From Candidatus Nomurabacteria bacterium (GTDB lineage Bacteria; Patescibacteriota; Saccharimonadia; Saccharimonadales; UBA7683): 64,000 nucleotides of DNA. The translations under genes and the position numbers were made by a program. Shown in pieces: positions 9,287 to 17,823 of the stretch. Location of the stretch: positions 15,260-79,259 of the forward strand of contig JACKGR010000004.1 in NCBI GenBank assembly GCA_020631895.1, written 5' to 3'. The notes beneath the pieces are model-generated. The model saw only the letters and a list, made by a program, of their open reading frames with translations, was not told where the DNA came from and did no database searches. Each line of letters begins with the position of its first letter. The stretch's first letter is position 1.

Positions 9287-9700
9287 GTGCTGCCAGCGGG
9301 AACTTCTGATGACGGACTATACGGTCGTTTCTGGCTTAGCCCTGAACCGCCAACACCTGGTTTATTGCTGGTGGGTGTTCGATTTAGCGGAGCCTCTTGG
9401 GAGGGCAGTAGCTCAAATAGCATCGCAGTGTTCAGTTTACTAGACAGGCTAGTTGAAAATAATGCCAATGGGGCTGTGACGGGTGCGTATCAGGGCCTAG
9501 CGAATGAACTAGTTGGCGTGCTCTTTGATCAACAGTCAGACCAGATTGAGTTGAAACTGAGCCAGCCTATCCCGGTGTCGACTAACCGCTTTGTGGCAGT
9601 ATTAGATGCAGAGAATCTACCAATGGGCCAAAAAAGTGTAATATTCCCAGATAGAATAAGGGTTAGTAGCATCGAATGGCTGTGGTCAGCACCAGAATAA
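9287..9700 (+). CDS. ORF of uncertain status, possibly the 3' fragment of a gene truncated at the repeat junction
   Basis: The open frame begins inside the 'ftsE remnant (TTG 9227). There is no ATG until near its end. In-frame GTG at 9287. ~50% GC. No motif recognised. Confidence 0.25.
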   Translation: MLPAGTSDDGLYGRFWLSPEPPTPGLLLVGVRFSGASWEGSSSNSIAVFSLLDRLVENNANGAVTGAYQGLANELVGVLFDQQSDQIELKLSQPIPVSTNRFVAVLDAENLPMGQKSVIFPDRIRVSSIEWLWSAPE

Positions 9701-9723
9701 TTTATGTTTCTAGTAATAATTGC

Positions 9724-9753
9724 TTGACATTACTAGGGTACTTAACTTACTAT
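9724..9753 (+). promoter_or_regulatory. Sigma70-like promoter upstream of the surface protein gene
   Basis: TTGACA (9724..9729) - 18 nt - TACTAT (9748..9753), ~50 nt upstream of ATG 9801. Confidence 0.3.
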
Positions 9754-9800
9754 GTATAGAGTTCATTAATAGTAATGGAATGGAAAAATAGATAATTAAA

Positions 9801-11315
9801 ATGAAAAATAAACTTTCTAACATGACAAGCCCTTCCCATGGCTTGAAAGGCGAATCGAAGGGTTGGTTTAAGGGACAACAGCCAGTAGTTGCTCGTTTGC
9901 GACAATTATTAGCTAGCTTTAGTTTATTGGTAATGTTGACAGCATTGATGCTGGTCGGAAGTTTTGGTTTGCCGGCTCAGGATAATAACCAGGTAGCCGC
10001 CCAGTCAGCCCAGCCGACCTTTAAATGTGGTAATAGTTTTTATATTTCATCTGGTGATAATATCGGCGATCCGTCTCAGCTAAGCTTGGTTGTTTTTAGT
10101 GGGCAAACTGCTAGCTTACAAAACGTCGGCAGCCCAGCAGGCACATTTGACTACAATGGTATAGGCTTTAACCATCTCGATGGCTATATTTATGGTGTTA
10201 GCTCCGATAATAATCCGGGCGAAATTCTTCGCATTGGTTCTGACGGTAGTGCAGTGAGCTTAGGTATCCCAGCTGGTCTCCCGGTTGCTACCAACCTTGT
10301 TTATAATTCGGGTGCAGTGGGCGACAATGACCGATATTTCATACATCCAGCAACTGCAGGTGGAACACCTAATAACGACGTGTACGAGATTGATATCAGT
10401 ACTGCCACCCCCACAATTGTCGCTACGCATACTTTTAGTAGTTTTCAATACCAAGATTTTGATTTCAATCCACGAAATGGCATGGCCTATAGCTTTGATG
10501 GTTCTATTGATAGGGTAGTTCAGATAAATCTTAGTACCAACATCGTTACTCCGGTCGGGCCAGTCATAACATCCATTGGTTCTAATATCGGCGCGATCTT
10601 TTTTGATAGTGCTGACAACATGTACGTTGAGGCCAGTAACGGAAAAATCTTTAGGATTGCGATAACTAGTTTCGTTGTCACCGAGCTCGCAGACGGACCT
10701 AGTGTTTCTAGAGTTGACGGCACCTCCTGCCCCTATGCTCCAACCATCACCAAAGACGCTACCCCCCGCACTGTAGTTGCCGGTGGCGAAGTAACCTATA
10801 GCTACACCATCAGTAATGGGCATCCCACACTACCGATTACCGGCCTCGATTTTAGCGACACCATGGATAGTGGCCGAACCTATATAGCGGGTAGCTTAGA
10901 TAACTCCGAAGTGGGTGGTACCGCTAATAGCTACGGTGGCACTAACAGCCTGACCATTACCGATATTACTATTCCTCCCAATAGCAGTCAGGTAGTGACG
11001 GTAAAGGTGAAGATACCGAATGATATTACTGGAACCGTTACACTTAAGAACCAAGCCTGCATCGAAGGTGGTGGTTTGGGCAATCTAGCTCAGCCAATCT
11101 TTGATGAGATCTGCTCTGATGATCCAACTACCCCAGCCTTTGGTGACCCCACCAACATCGAGGTTAACCCAGCTCCACCAATTCCGGGTCCCCCAGAAAC
11201 TGGGCTGAATAAAACAAACAGCAACCAACTAGTAATTTCTTTTACGATTATCGGAATAGTGGTGCTGTTAGCTATTATTGCAAGATTAAAAAAGATAGGT
11301 GCGTTCTCCAAGTAA
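9801..11315 (+). CDS. Cell-wall-sorted surface protein: signal/TM, repeat (beta-propeller-like) domain, DUF11-type Ig-like domain, PPETG sorting signal
   Basis: 504 aa. N-terminal hydrophobic segment. YNGIGFNHLDGYIYGV-type repeats. TKDATPRTVVAGGEVTYSYTISNG resembles the DUF11 conserved repeat. C-terminus PPETG + LVISFTIIGIVVLLAIIA + RLKK tail. Confidence 0.85.
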   Translation: MKNKLSNMTSPSHGLKGESKGWFKGQQPVVARLRQLLASFSLLVMLTALMLVGSFGLPAQDNNQVAAQSAQPTFKCGNSFYISSGDNIGDPSQLSLVVFSGQTASLQNVGSPAGTFDYNGIGFNHLDGYIYGVSSDNNPGEILRIGSDGSAVSLGIPAGLPVATNLVYNSGAVGDNDRYFIHPATAGGTPNNDVYEIDISTATPTIVATHTFSSFQYQDFDFNPRNGMAYSFDGSIDRVVQINLSTNIVTPVGPVITSIGSNIGAIFFDSADNMYVEASNGKIFRIAITSFVVTELADGPSVSRVDGTSCPYAPTITKDATPRTVVAGGEVTYSYTISNGHPTLPITGLDFSDTMDSGRTYIAGSLDNSEVGGTANSYGGTNSLTITDITIPPNSSQVVTVKVKIPNDITGTVTLKNQACIEGGGLGNLAQPIFDEICSDDPTTPAFGDPTNIEVNPAPPIPGPPETGLNKTNSNQLVISFTIIGIVVLLAIIARLKKIGAFSK

Positions 11316-11728
11316 CTTACCGCGAACCCCTGTCCAGCAAAAATCTACAACAGTATTAGGTTTAAGTATGAAACTACAAATACAGTATACCAAAATCTCT
11401 AGCTACAAAATCCGAGAAGCACTTTGTAGTCAACTGGCGCAATATTTAGTACTGAATCATCCGTACTTTCTAGAATATACGATGTACCTAATTCCAGGGG
11501 GGGCATGTCATAGCCCCGAACCCTTAAATCCGCAGAGCCACGGATGAGGAACACCTAGTTGAACGAACCTCAGCGATTTAGTAAAACTGTTAGGCTTCAT
11601 GAGTTTAGTGCGCTGTATCCTAAGAATGGTCTTGGTGCCACTAAAGGTTTCTTCAATTTTAAAGCGGTGTCAGTAAGTTTTCTAAATTTTAGTCCGACTA
11701 CGGCTGAAGTCATGATTCATGGTTAGTA

Positions 11729-12412
11729 CTATGGAAATGGAAACTCATGTACAGACGGCTTTTGATTTGGGGTTACGAACTGAGGGCTTGCTACAATGAC
11801 TAAACGTCCGTCTGCCTCGCCCTTTAATGAACAAGAGTATAGGGTAAGTTTTGGATCAGTGCTCAAGTCTTCTATTTTAACTGCGTCACGAGCTACTGAA
11901 TAGCTATTTTTAACCTTATAGTCGTACCATTTACCCTCATAATGAACGCGGATGTTGTCGCCCTCACTGAGCTTATCGATATTATAAAATGGAGACTTTA
12001 CCCGAGTGCCCCCTGGAGTTAAGCCGAGACTGAAACGGTGAGCGCTGAGTATGAAGTTTCCTCCTTTTATTGGGTTGCCGCGATCTGAAAAACGCCACCA
12101 CGCACCTTTCTCTAAACTCGCAGGAGTGTTTTCACCAGGCCCCTCCCCATAATACGGAACTTCGATATTTAACTTTTCTATCTGAATACGATTTCTGTTG
12201 TCGTGTGCATCGTCTTCGGTATTTAAATCAATACTTGAAGCTATGTGGAACCTATTATTAACTATAGCCGGGGACTGGGTTAAAAATAATAAGTATGCAC
12301 CCCCCAGCAGAAGTATGATCGAGACAATTAAAACAAGCACTGATTTCTTTGATTTCTTCTTCACTGACACATTGTATTTATAATACATGTATGATCTATT
12401 GGTAAACATCAT
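11729..12412 (-). CDS. Sortase-family transpeptidase
   Basis: 227 aa. N-terminal TM anchor. Catalytic His context ILSAHRF, Cys context LTLYSCS (TLxTC-like), distal Arg (DGRLVIV). Confidence 0.85.
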   Translation of the reverse strand: MMFTNRSYMYYKYNVSVKKKSKKSVLVLIVSIILLLGGAYLLFLTQSPAIVNNRFHIASSIDLNTEDDAHDNRNRIQIEKLNIEVPYYGEGPGENTPASLEKGAWWRFSDRGNPIKGGNFILSAHRFSLGLTPGGTRVKSPFYNIDKLSEGDNIRVHYEGKWYDYKVKNSYSVARDAVKIEDLSTDPKLTLYSCSLKGEADGRLVIVASPQFVTPNQKPSVHEFPFP

Positions 12413-12518
12413 CTAGTATTATAACATAAGCAGTCGTAGTTAATCTACTCCGCAAGATTGATAAAACAGTCAAAAACAAATACATAAAATACTACTGTTA
12501 ACATACGTATTGGCGTTG

Positions 12519-13478
12519 TTATTTTGTATGACTAAAGCGTAGATGTTTTCTGATTGCAAGATACGCCGAGAATGAACCAATTGCAATCCCAATCAGCAGT
12601 GTAGCTGGGACAAGTAACCAAACTATACTCTGGAACTTTTCTACAGCCGGGCGAATTTCTTCAACGTAACTCCCCAGTTTTGGCGCCTGTCCTAATACTA
12701 ATAAGTAGAAGAATAAGCTCGCAAACACACCTGCAATCGCCCCGTAAATTGAAGCCTCCACCAGAAACGGACCCCTTATGTACCACTTGCTCGCACCAAT
12801 CAACTGCATAATTTCAATTTCGTCTTTTCTATTAAAGATTGCCATCCTAATGGTGTTTAAGATAACTAGTATTGAGATTGCCCCAAATAGTAAACTGGCT
12901 ACGAATCCCCCGTTTCTTAAAAACTTTGCGATATTACCGAGTCTATCCACCGCAACCCTTTTTGCATCATCCTTGTACGAATCTTTGTAAACAATTTTGG
13001 AGTACTTTTTAGCCCTGGTGATTTCTACTACATCTTGTAGCTTGCCGGTGTCGTATGTTTTTACTTTTATACTGGCCGGGAAGGTATCATCATTGGTCTG
13101 CGACAGTGACTGCAACTCTTTAATGCTATCCTTAATACTAGCCTCATAATTAGCCCTGGCCTCCTCTTTGGAGACGTATGTTACCTCTTTTACGCCTAAA
13201 CTTGAGTCGTTTCTGATTGCCGATGACACCTCGTCAATCTGTTCTTTTGAGACATTTGCATTGAAGTAGATAGAAACATCAATATTGTCTGTAAATGATT
13301 TTACGGTGCTTGTTAACGTATAGCTTGCAAACAATGTAAGTAGAATACACGCGAGAGTTATGCCCATCACGACTGTTGCCGCGACTGAAAGCCATGCGTT
13401 TCTGATAAAACTATGTGATCCGATTACAAAAACACGTCTAGCGTTAATCAGTTTTCTTTTGAAGTTTGATCCCTTCAT
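12519..13478 (-). CDS. ftsX: Cell-division protein FtsX, copy 2
   Basis: MKGSNFKRKL start at ATG 13478, adjacent to the ftsE stop. Four TM helices. Confidence 0.9.
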   Translation of the reverse strand: MKGSNFKRKLINARRVFVIGSHSFIRNAWLSVAATVVMGITLACILLTLFASYTLTSTVKSFTDNIDVSIYFNANVSKEQIDEVSSAIRNDSSLGVKEVTYVSKEEARANYEASIKDSIKELQSLSQTNDDTFPASIKVKTYDTGKLQDVVEITRAKKYSKIVYKDSYKDDAKRVAVDRLGNIAKFLRNGGFVASLLFGAISILVILNTIRMAIFNRKDEIEIMQLIGASKWYIRGPFLVEASIYGAIAGVFASLFFYLLVLGQAPKLGSYVEEIRPAVEKFQSIVWLLVPATLLIGIAIGSFSAYLAIRKHLRFSHTK

Positions 13479-13926
13479 GCTATTTAGCCCCTGCTTTAAC
13501 AGATGTGTCATTAGATATTCGGCCGCCATCAATTGTGATGACTCTTCGCTTCAGTTTTTTAACAATATCTTGGTTGTGGGTTGTCATTAAGACAGTTGTG
13601 CCGTGTTGATTAATCTTCTCTAAAACTGCCACAACGTCCCAGGCGTGTTTTGGGTCTAGGTTACCTGTTGGCTCATCAGCAATCAATATTTTTGGCTGTC
13701 GAACAACTGCACGTGCAATTGCGACTCTTTGTTGCTCACCGCCAGATAGCTCTTTAGGAAAGCTTTTTTCTTTACCATTTAAGCCAACAAGATCTATCAC
13801 CCGCGGAACTGTAAAGTTGATCTCTTTACTTGTCATACCGACAATCTCAAGTGCAAAAGCAATGTTTTCAAATACAGTTCTGTTTGGAAGCAGTTTAAAA
13901 TCTTGATAGATTGTACCAATTTTACG
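12519..13926. repeat. Direct repeat copy B (1408 bp) within the intact ftsE-ftsX operon
   Basis: See copy A. Homology ends at ~13926, inside full-length ftsE. Confidence 0.9.
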
Positions 13927-14160
13927 TCTTAAAAGTGGTATCTCGCGATCTTTTAACTGATCATAGTCAATGCCACCAACTACAATTTTACCTGCAGTAG
14001 GTTTTTCCTCACGAGTTAGAAGTTTTAGCAAGGTGGACTTGCCTGCTCCACTGGCACCGACTATTAATACAAACTCTTTTGGAGCAATATGAAGTGAAAC
14101 TCGGTCAAGTGCCAGCCCCTTTTTGCCATATTTTTTTGTTACTCGGTCAAATAGAATCAC
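13480..14160 (-). CDS. ftsE: Cell-division ABC ATPase FtsE (full length)
   Basis: 226 aa. Walker A GASGAGKST, signature LSGGEQQR, Walker B ILIADEPTG. Confidence 0.95.
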   Translation of the reverse strand: MILFDRVTKKYGKKGLALDRVSLHIAPKEFVLIVGASGAGKSTLLKLLTREEKPTAGKIVVGGIDYDQLKDREIPLLRRKIGTIYQDFKLLPNRTVFENIAFALEIVGMTSKEINFTVPRVIDLVGLNGKEKSFPKELSGGEQQRVAIARAVVRQPKILIADEPTGNLDPKHAWDVVAVLEKINQHGTTVLMTTHNQDIVKKLKRRVITIDGGRISNDTSVKAGAK

Positions 14161-14186
14161 GCTTACGATTGTAACAAATTTTTGGC

Positions 14187-15245
14187 TTAGTTCAAAAAGG
14201 GATCGAGGTCGCCGTCTAAAACTTTTTGTGCGTCTTTAACCTCAAACTTAGTTTTAGTATTTTTTACTTGGCTATATGGATGAAGCACGTAATTTCTGAT
14301 TTGATTTCCCCAGGCTGCCTCTTGGTTTGGCCCTTTGAGTTCAGAGATACGCTCGGCGTGTTGCTCAACTTGAAGCTGGGCTAATTTTGAGCGGAGAATC
14401 TTCATGGCAGTCTCTTTGTTTTGAATCTGAGACTTTTCGTTTTGAATTGAAACTACAATATTGGTTGGAATGTGTGTAATTCTAACAGCGCTGTCGGTTG
14501 TGTTAACACTTTGCCCACCGTGGCCACTGGCCCTGAAAACATCTACTCTAATATCCTTTTCATCAATCTCTACCTCGTCCGGCTCATCAATCTGAGGCAA
14601 AACCTCAACCATTGCAAAGCTAGTTTGACGCAAGTTGTCTGAGTTGAATGGACTAAGTCGAACCAAGCGATGCACACCATGCTCAGACTGCAATTTACCG
14701 AATGCGTTTACACCCGAGATGGTAATTGTTGCGCTTTTTATCCCTGCTTCCTCTCCTCGTGACTCATCCACCAGTTCTGCCTTATAGCCGCTCTTCTCTG
14801 CCCACCTTAAGTACATCCTCTCAAGCATCGATGTCCAGTCCATTGCATCAACTCCACCCGCTCCGGCTTGGAGCCTAATAACTGCATCATGATCATCGTA
14901 TGGACCGTTATATTTAAGAGACTTCTTTAAATCATCAAGATATCTTAAAGCTTCTTCAATTTGTTTTGATATTTCACTTGATAAAGACTCATCGCCCATC
15001 TCCGCCAACTCTCGAGCCTCATCAATCTTTTGTTTTAAAGTAACCCATGGCTCAACCGTCAATTTTAATTTAGCTTGTTTTTTTGATAGTTTTTGCGCAT
15101 TTTCAGAATTATCCCAGACATGAGGATCTTCAAGCTCCTTATTTATTTCATCAAGTTCTAATAATTTTCTATCAAAATCGAGCTCACGAAATGAACTATC
15201 GAGCTCTCCAGAAATTATTGATATTTTTTTAATCTGATCCTGCAT
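14187..15245 (-). CDS. prfB: Peptide chain release factor 2 (single uninterrupted ORF, no programmed frameshift)
   Basis: 352 aa. SPF tripeptide (RLSPFNS) and GGQ (SGHGGQSVN). The N-terminus is contiguous in one frame. Confidence 0.95.
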   Translation of the reverse strand: MQDQIKKISIISGELDSSFRELDFDRKLLELDEINKELEDPHVWDNSENAQKLSKKQAKLKLTVEPWVTLKQKIDEARELAEMGDESLSSEISKQIEEALRYLDDLKKSLKYNGPYDDHDAVIRLQAGAGGVDAMDWTSMLERMYLRWAEKSGYKAELVDESRGEEAGIKSATITISGVNAFGKLQSEHGVHRLVRLSPFNSDNLRQTSFAMVEVLPQIDEPDEVEIDEKDIRVDVFRASGHGGQSVNTTDSAVRITHIPTNIVVSIQNEKSQIQNKETAMKILRSKLAQLQVEQHAERISELKGPNQEAAWGNQIRNYVLHPYSQVKNTKTKFEVKDAQKVLDGDLDPFLN

Positions 15246-15264
15246 ACAAATAAGTATATCTTAC

Positions 15265-16536
15265 TTATATAAAGTCTGCTGTCCAATCCTGAGATTCAAA
15301 CTCTTGATTATAATCGTAGTCTGACGTGGGCACCTCAAATGGTAAGGTATATTCATCGCTTCTCTCGTGAGCCAAGTGATATGCTTTTCTAAGCTCTGCT
15401 TCTTCCCCGACACACTCGAATGGCTTCTCTAAATCGCCAATTCCCATAATTGCCTTAAATGTTTGAGTTAAACTTTCTTTTTTAAATAAATTCTCTCCAT
15501 TAAATATTGCTGATAGATCACTCGGCTCTACAAAAGGTGCAAATAGAAGAAAACTGTTAGCGCATTTTGGGCAATTTCCGCACCACCCAAGTTTTGAGTT
15601 ATCATTACCTAGCTTATAATTAAATACATTACACGATGAAAATTCTCTAGAATAATCATTCCATGCATATTCAACAAACATTTCTGCTATCTTTAGCTCG
15701 CTATATCTTCTGAGCGGCGAACCAACATTGATATCTTTAGAAATATAACTTTGAACATAATCGGAAAATGCTACTTCCGCTAGCCACGTTTTAGACCATT
15801 GATGGGCCACAGGAAGGTCGCCAATATATGAGTATGGCTCTTCTCCTTCGTGACCAATCGCGGTAAGAACGGTTTTCTTACCAAGCAGTATCGCTTGTAT
15901 AAGTGCTATTGAAAGTACAATATAAGTTATCGGGACATGTCCATCTAGCGCTCCCCTATCAGATGCAAGTCTCAAATTGTTCATATCGATTTGTCTTTTT
16001 GATTTTATGACAGGTTGATCAAATGTATCTAAAACTTTCGGATAGGCGCTAGAATTTGTCATATACCATGGTGAAAAATCTTGTCCTTTATCTTTTAGAA
16101 GCTGAGCTAGTAGAAGAGAATCTTTACCTCCGCTCTGTAGAACTAGAGGGGTATGATCTTTGGTTTGATATTGAACTGCTTTTGGGTTGCTTTGGATTGA
16201 AGTTTTAAAGTGACCTAGATCTTCTCGATTTAATTTATTCTCATAAGCGAATTGGCTCAAACCTTCTTGATATGCGGTTGAAAAAAATGATGCCTGAGTC
16301 TCATCAATTTCAAATTTTTTAGTATCAATATCCGGCAGAGGGAAAGTTTTATAATATGATGTTCCGATAAGAATAAATGCCAAGAACAAAGCTTTATCTA
16401 GGACTTCTTTATCGTAATCTTGGATAACGTCAGTAAATTCTACAGTTTCTGTAAACTCTATGCCTGAATTCTCGTAGGAGAAATATGCCTTGTTTTCAGC
16501 TTCAACAAATTTATAGTTCTTTAAAACAAAGCTCAC
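15265..16536 (-). CDS. PP-loop (SGGxDS) ATP-pyrophosphatase-fold protein; candidate MurL-type UDP-MurNAc-L-Ala-L-Glu epimerase
   Basis: 423 aa. LQSGGKDSLLLAQLL PP-loop. Cys cluster WCGNCPKCANSF. Its start overlaps the murD stop by 4 nt (ATGA). The function is inferred from gene pairing, not proven. Confidence 0.55.
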   Translation of the reverse strand: MSFVLKNYKFVEAENKAYFSYENSGIEFTETVEFTDVIQDYDKEVLDKALFLAFILIGTSYYKTFPLPDIDTKKFEIDETQASFFSTAYQEGLSQFAYENKLNREDLGHFKTSIQSNPKAVQYQTKDHTPLVLQSGGKDSLLLAQLLKDKGQDFSPWYMTNSSAYPKVLDTFDQPVIKSKRQIDMNNLRLASDRGALDGHVPITYIVLSIALIQAILLGKKTVLTAIGHEGEEPYSYIGDLPVAHQWSKTWLAEVAFSDYVQSYISKDINVGSPLRRYSELKIAEMFVEYAWNDYSREFSSCNVFNYKLGNDNSKLGWCGNCPKCANSFLLFAPFVEPSDLSAIFNGENLFKKESLTQTFKAIMGIGDLEKPFECVGEEAELRKAYHLAHERSDEYTLPFEVPTSDYDYNQEFESQDWTADFI

Positions 16537-17822
16537 TTTAGTTCTCCTACAATTTTTTGATACTGCTTACCACGCTCCTCGAAATTTTTAAACATGTCAA
16601 AGCTCGGACACCCTGGACTTAGCAAAACTAGATCACCTTCTGATGTATAACTTTGAGCCTTTTGAATAATAGCTTTGAAGTCTTTACTCTTTATAATCTC
16701 ATAATTATTGTAGCCCGCATTATTTAGGGCTGTCGCTATAGTCTCTGCCGTTTGTCCTATCAAAACAACTTTTTTAACTTCTTTTTTAGCAATGACCTGT
16801 GCAAGTTCCGAGAAATCAGCTTTACGGTCAAAACCACCAGCAATCAGAACAGTTGGTTGATTAAATGAACTTACGGCTGCTCTGGTTGATGCAGGATTTG
16901 GACTATAACTATCGTCATAATATTTAACCCCGTCTAATTCGCGGACAAATTCGAGCCTATGAGGTAACCCCCTAAAGTTTGTTACAGCATTTTTAATGGC
17001 ATTAATATCCTGAGTGTAGCGCCATGCAGCAGAAACTGCAGCGCAAATATTCTCTAAATTATGAGGACCCAGTAACCCGACTTCTGATATATCACATATG
17101 ATATTGCCATCAATATTTATTTTTGAATTCTTGTCGATATGGGCACCTTCATCTGTCATATAACGTACTTTTTTGGCTTGTGAACTTTGTGCTGCCTTTT
17201 TACTAAGTGGATTTGTAGGATGGTAAATCATTAAATTGTCTTCTGTCTGAAATCTACCAATATTACTTTTTGCCATTACATAATCATCCATATCGGCATG
17301 AATATTTAAATGATCCGGCTCAATCATTAGTATCACAGCTGTTTCTGGCGATTTCTCAATATCCCACAGCTGAAAACTTGATAGCTCAAACACAACAAAA
17401 TCTGAGGATTTTATCTTCGGTAATACCTCGAGTGCAGGTACGCCAATATTGCCGACAAGTTGTACTGTTTTGCCACTCGCTCTCAAAATTTCAGCGACCA
17501 ATGAGCAGGTAGTTCCCTTGCCTTTTGTGCCAGTCACCCCGATTATTGGAGCAGGGCATTCCTCAAAAAACTCATTTGTAGCTGACCAAATCTTTCCGTC
17601 GGTTTTAATTTTGTCTGGATTTAAACTTGCAGTTCTAACAACGAGATCAAAACCATTCAATTTTTTAAAAACACCTTCGCCGAGCACAGTATCTGCTCCT
17701 TGCGGTAGTGGACGTGCTGTCTCTTGTGCCTCGTCAAAAATAGTTACGTCAGCTCCTAGTTTGGACCAATATTTATAGTTCTCCTCTCCCTCCACTCCGT
17801 AACCAGCAACTGCTACCTTCAT
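16533..17822 (-). CDS. murD: UDP-N-acetylmuramoyl-L-alanine--glutamate ligase (MurD or MurD2-type)
   Basis: MKVAVAGYGVEGEENYKY Rossmann-like N-terminus. Mur ligase P-loop GVTGTKGKGTT. ATG 17822 follows a TGGAG SD and avoids overlap with the upstream gene. Alternative ATG at 17852. Confidence 0.88.
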   Translation of the reverse strand: MKVAVAGYGVEGEENYKYWSKLGADVTIFDEAQETARPLPQGADTVLGEGVFKKLNGFDLVVRTASLNPDKIKTDGKIWSATNEFFEECPAPIIGVTGTKGKGTTCSLVAEILRASGKTVQLVGNIGVPALEVLPKIKSSDFVVFELSSFQLWDIEKSPETAVILMIEPDHLNIHADMDDYVMAKSNIGRFQTEDNLMIYHPTNPLSKKAAQSSQAKKVRYMTDEGAHIDKNSKINIDGNIICDISEVGLLGPHNLENICAAVSAAWRYTQDINAIKNAVTNFRGLPHRLEFVRELDGVKYYDDSYSPNPASTRAAVSSFNQPTVLIAGGFDRKADFSELAQVIAKKEVKKVVLIGQTAETIATALNNAGYNNYEIIKSKDFKAIIQKAQSYTSEGDLVLLSPGCPSFDMFKNFEERGKQYQKIVGELK

Positions 17823-17823
17823 A

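Larger units (their letters stand above)
9251..12518. other. GC-elevated cargo segment bracketed by the 'ftsE-ftsX direct repeats (sortase + sorted surface protein island)
   Basis: Sampled 60-nt blocks give ~47-57% GC against ~38% in flanking housekeeping genes. Contains an ORF fragment, the surface protein gene, ~410 nt of noncoding sequence, and the sortase gene. Confidence 0.7.

Noticed and set aside
9166-9468. 100-aa minus-strand ORF crossing the repeat/cargo junction
   Set aside because: It overlaps the ftsE remnant out of frame, has no motif and is Ser/Leu/Pro-rich. It is likely spurious.
11316-11728. Possible relic mobile-element gene or small RNA in the 410-nt gap between the surface-protein gene and the sortase gene
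   Set aside because: There are only short frames: an 82-codon ORF with no motif, a 57-codon TTG-initiated stop-free frame at 11559..11729, and a G7 homopolymer at about 11497 that does not link frames. I recognise no transposase or integrase motif and cannot support a call without a database search.
14187-15245. Alternative genetic code (UGA recoding, as in some candidate phyla) or programmed +1 frameshift in prfB
   Set aside because: An intact RF2 with SPF and GGQ motifs is present alongside RF1. Genes in the window end in TGA as well as TAA/TAG. prfB is a single continuous ORF including its N-terminus, so there is no frameshift site.
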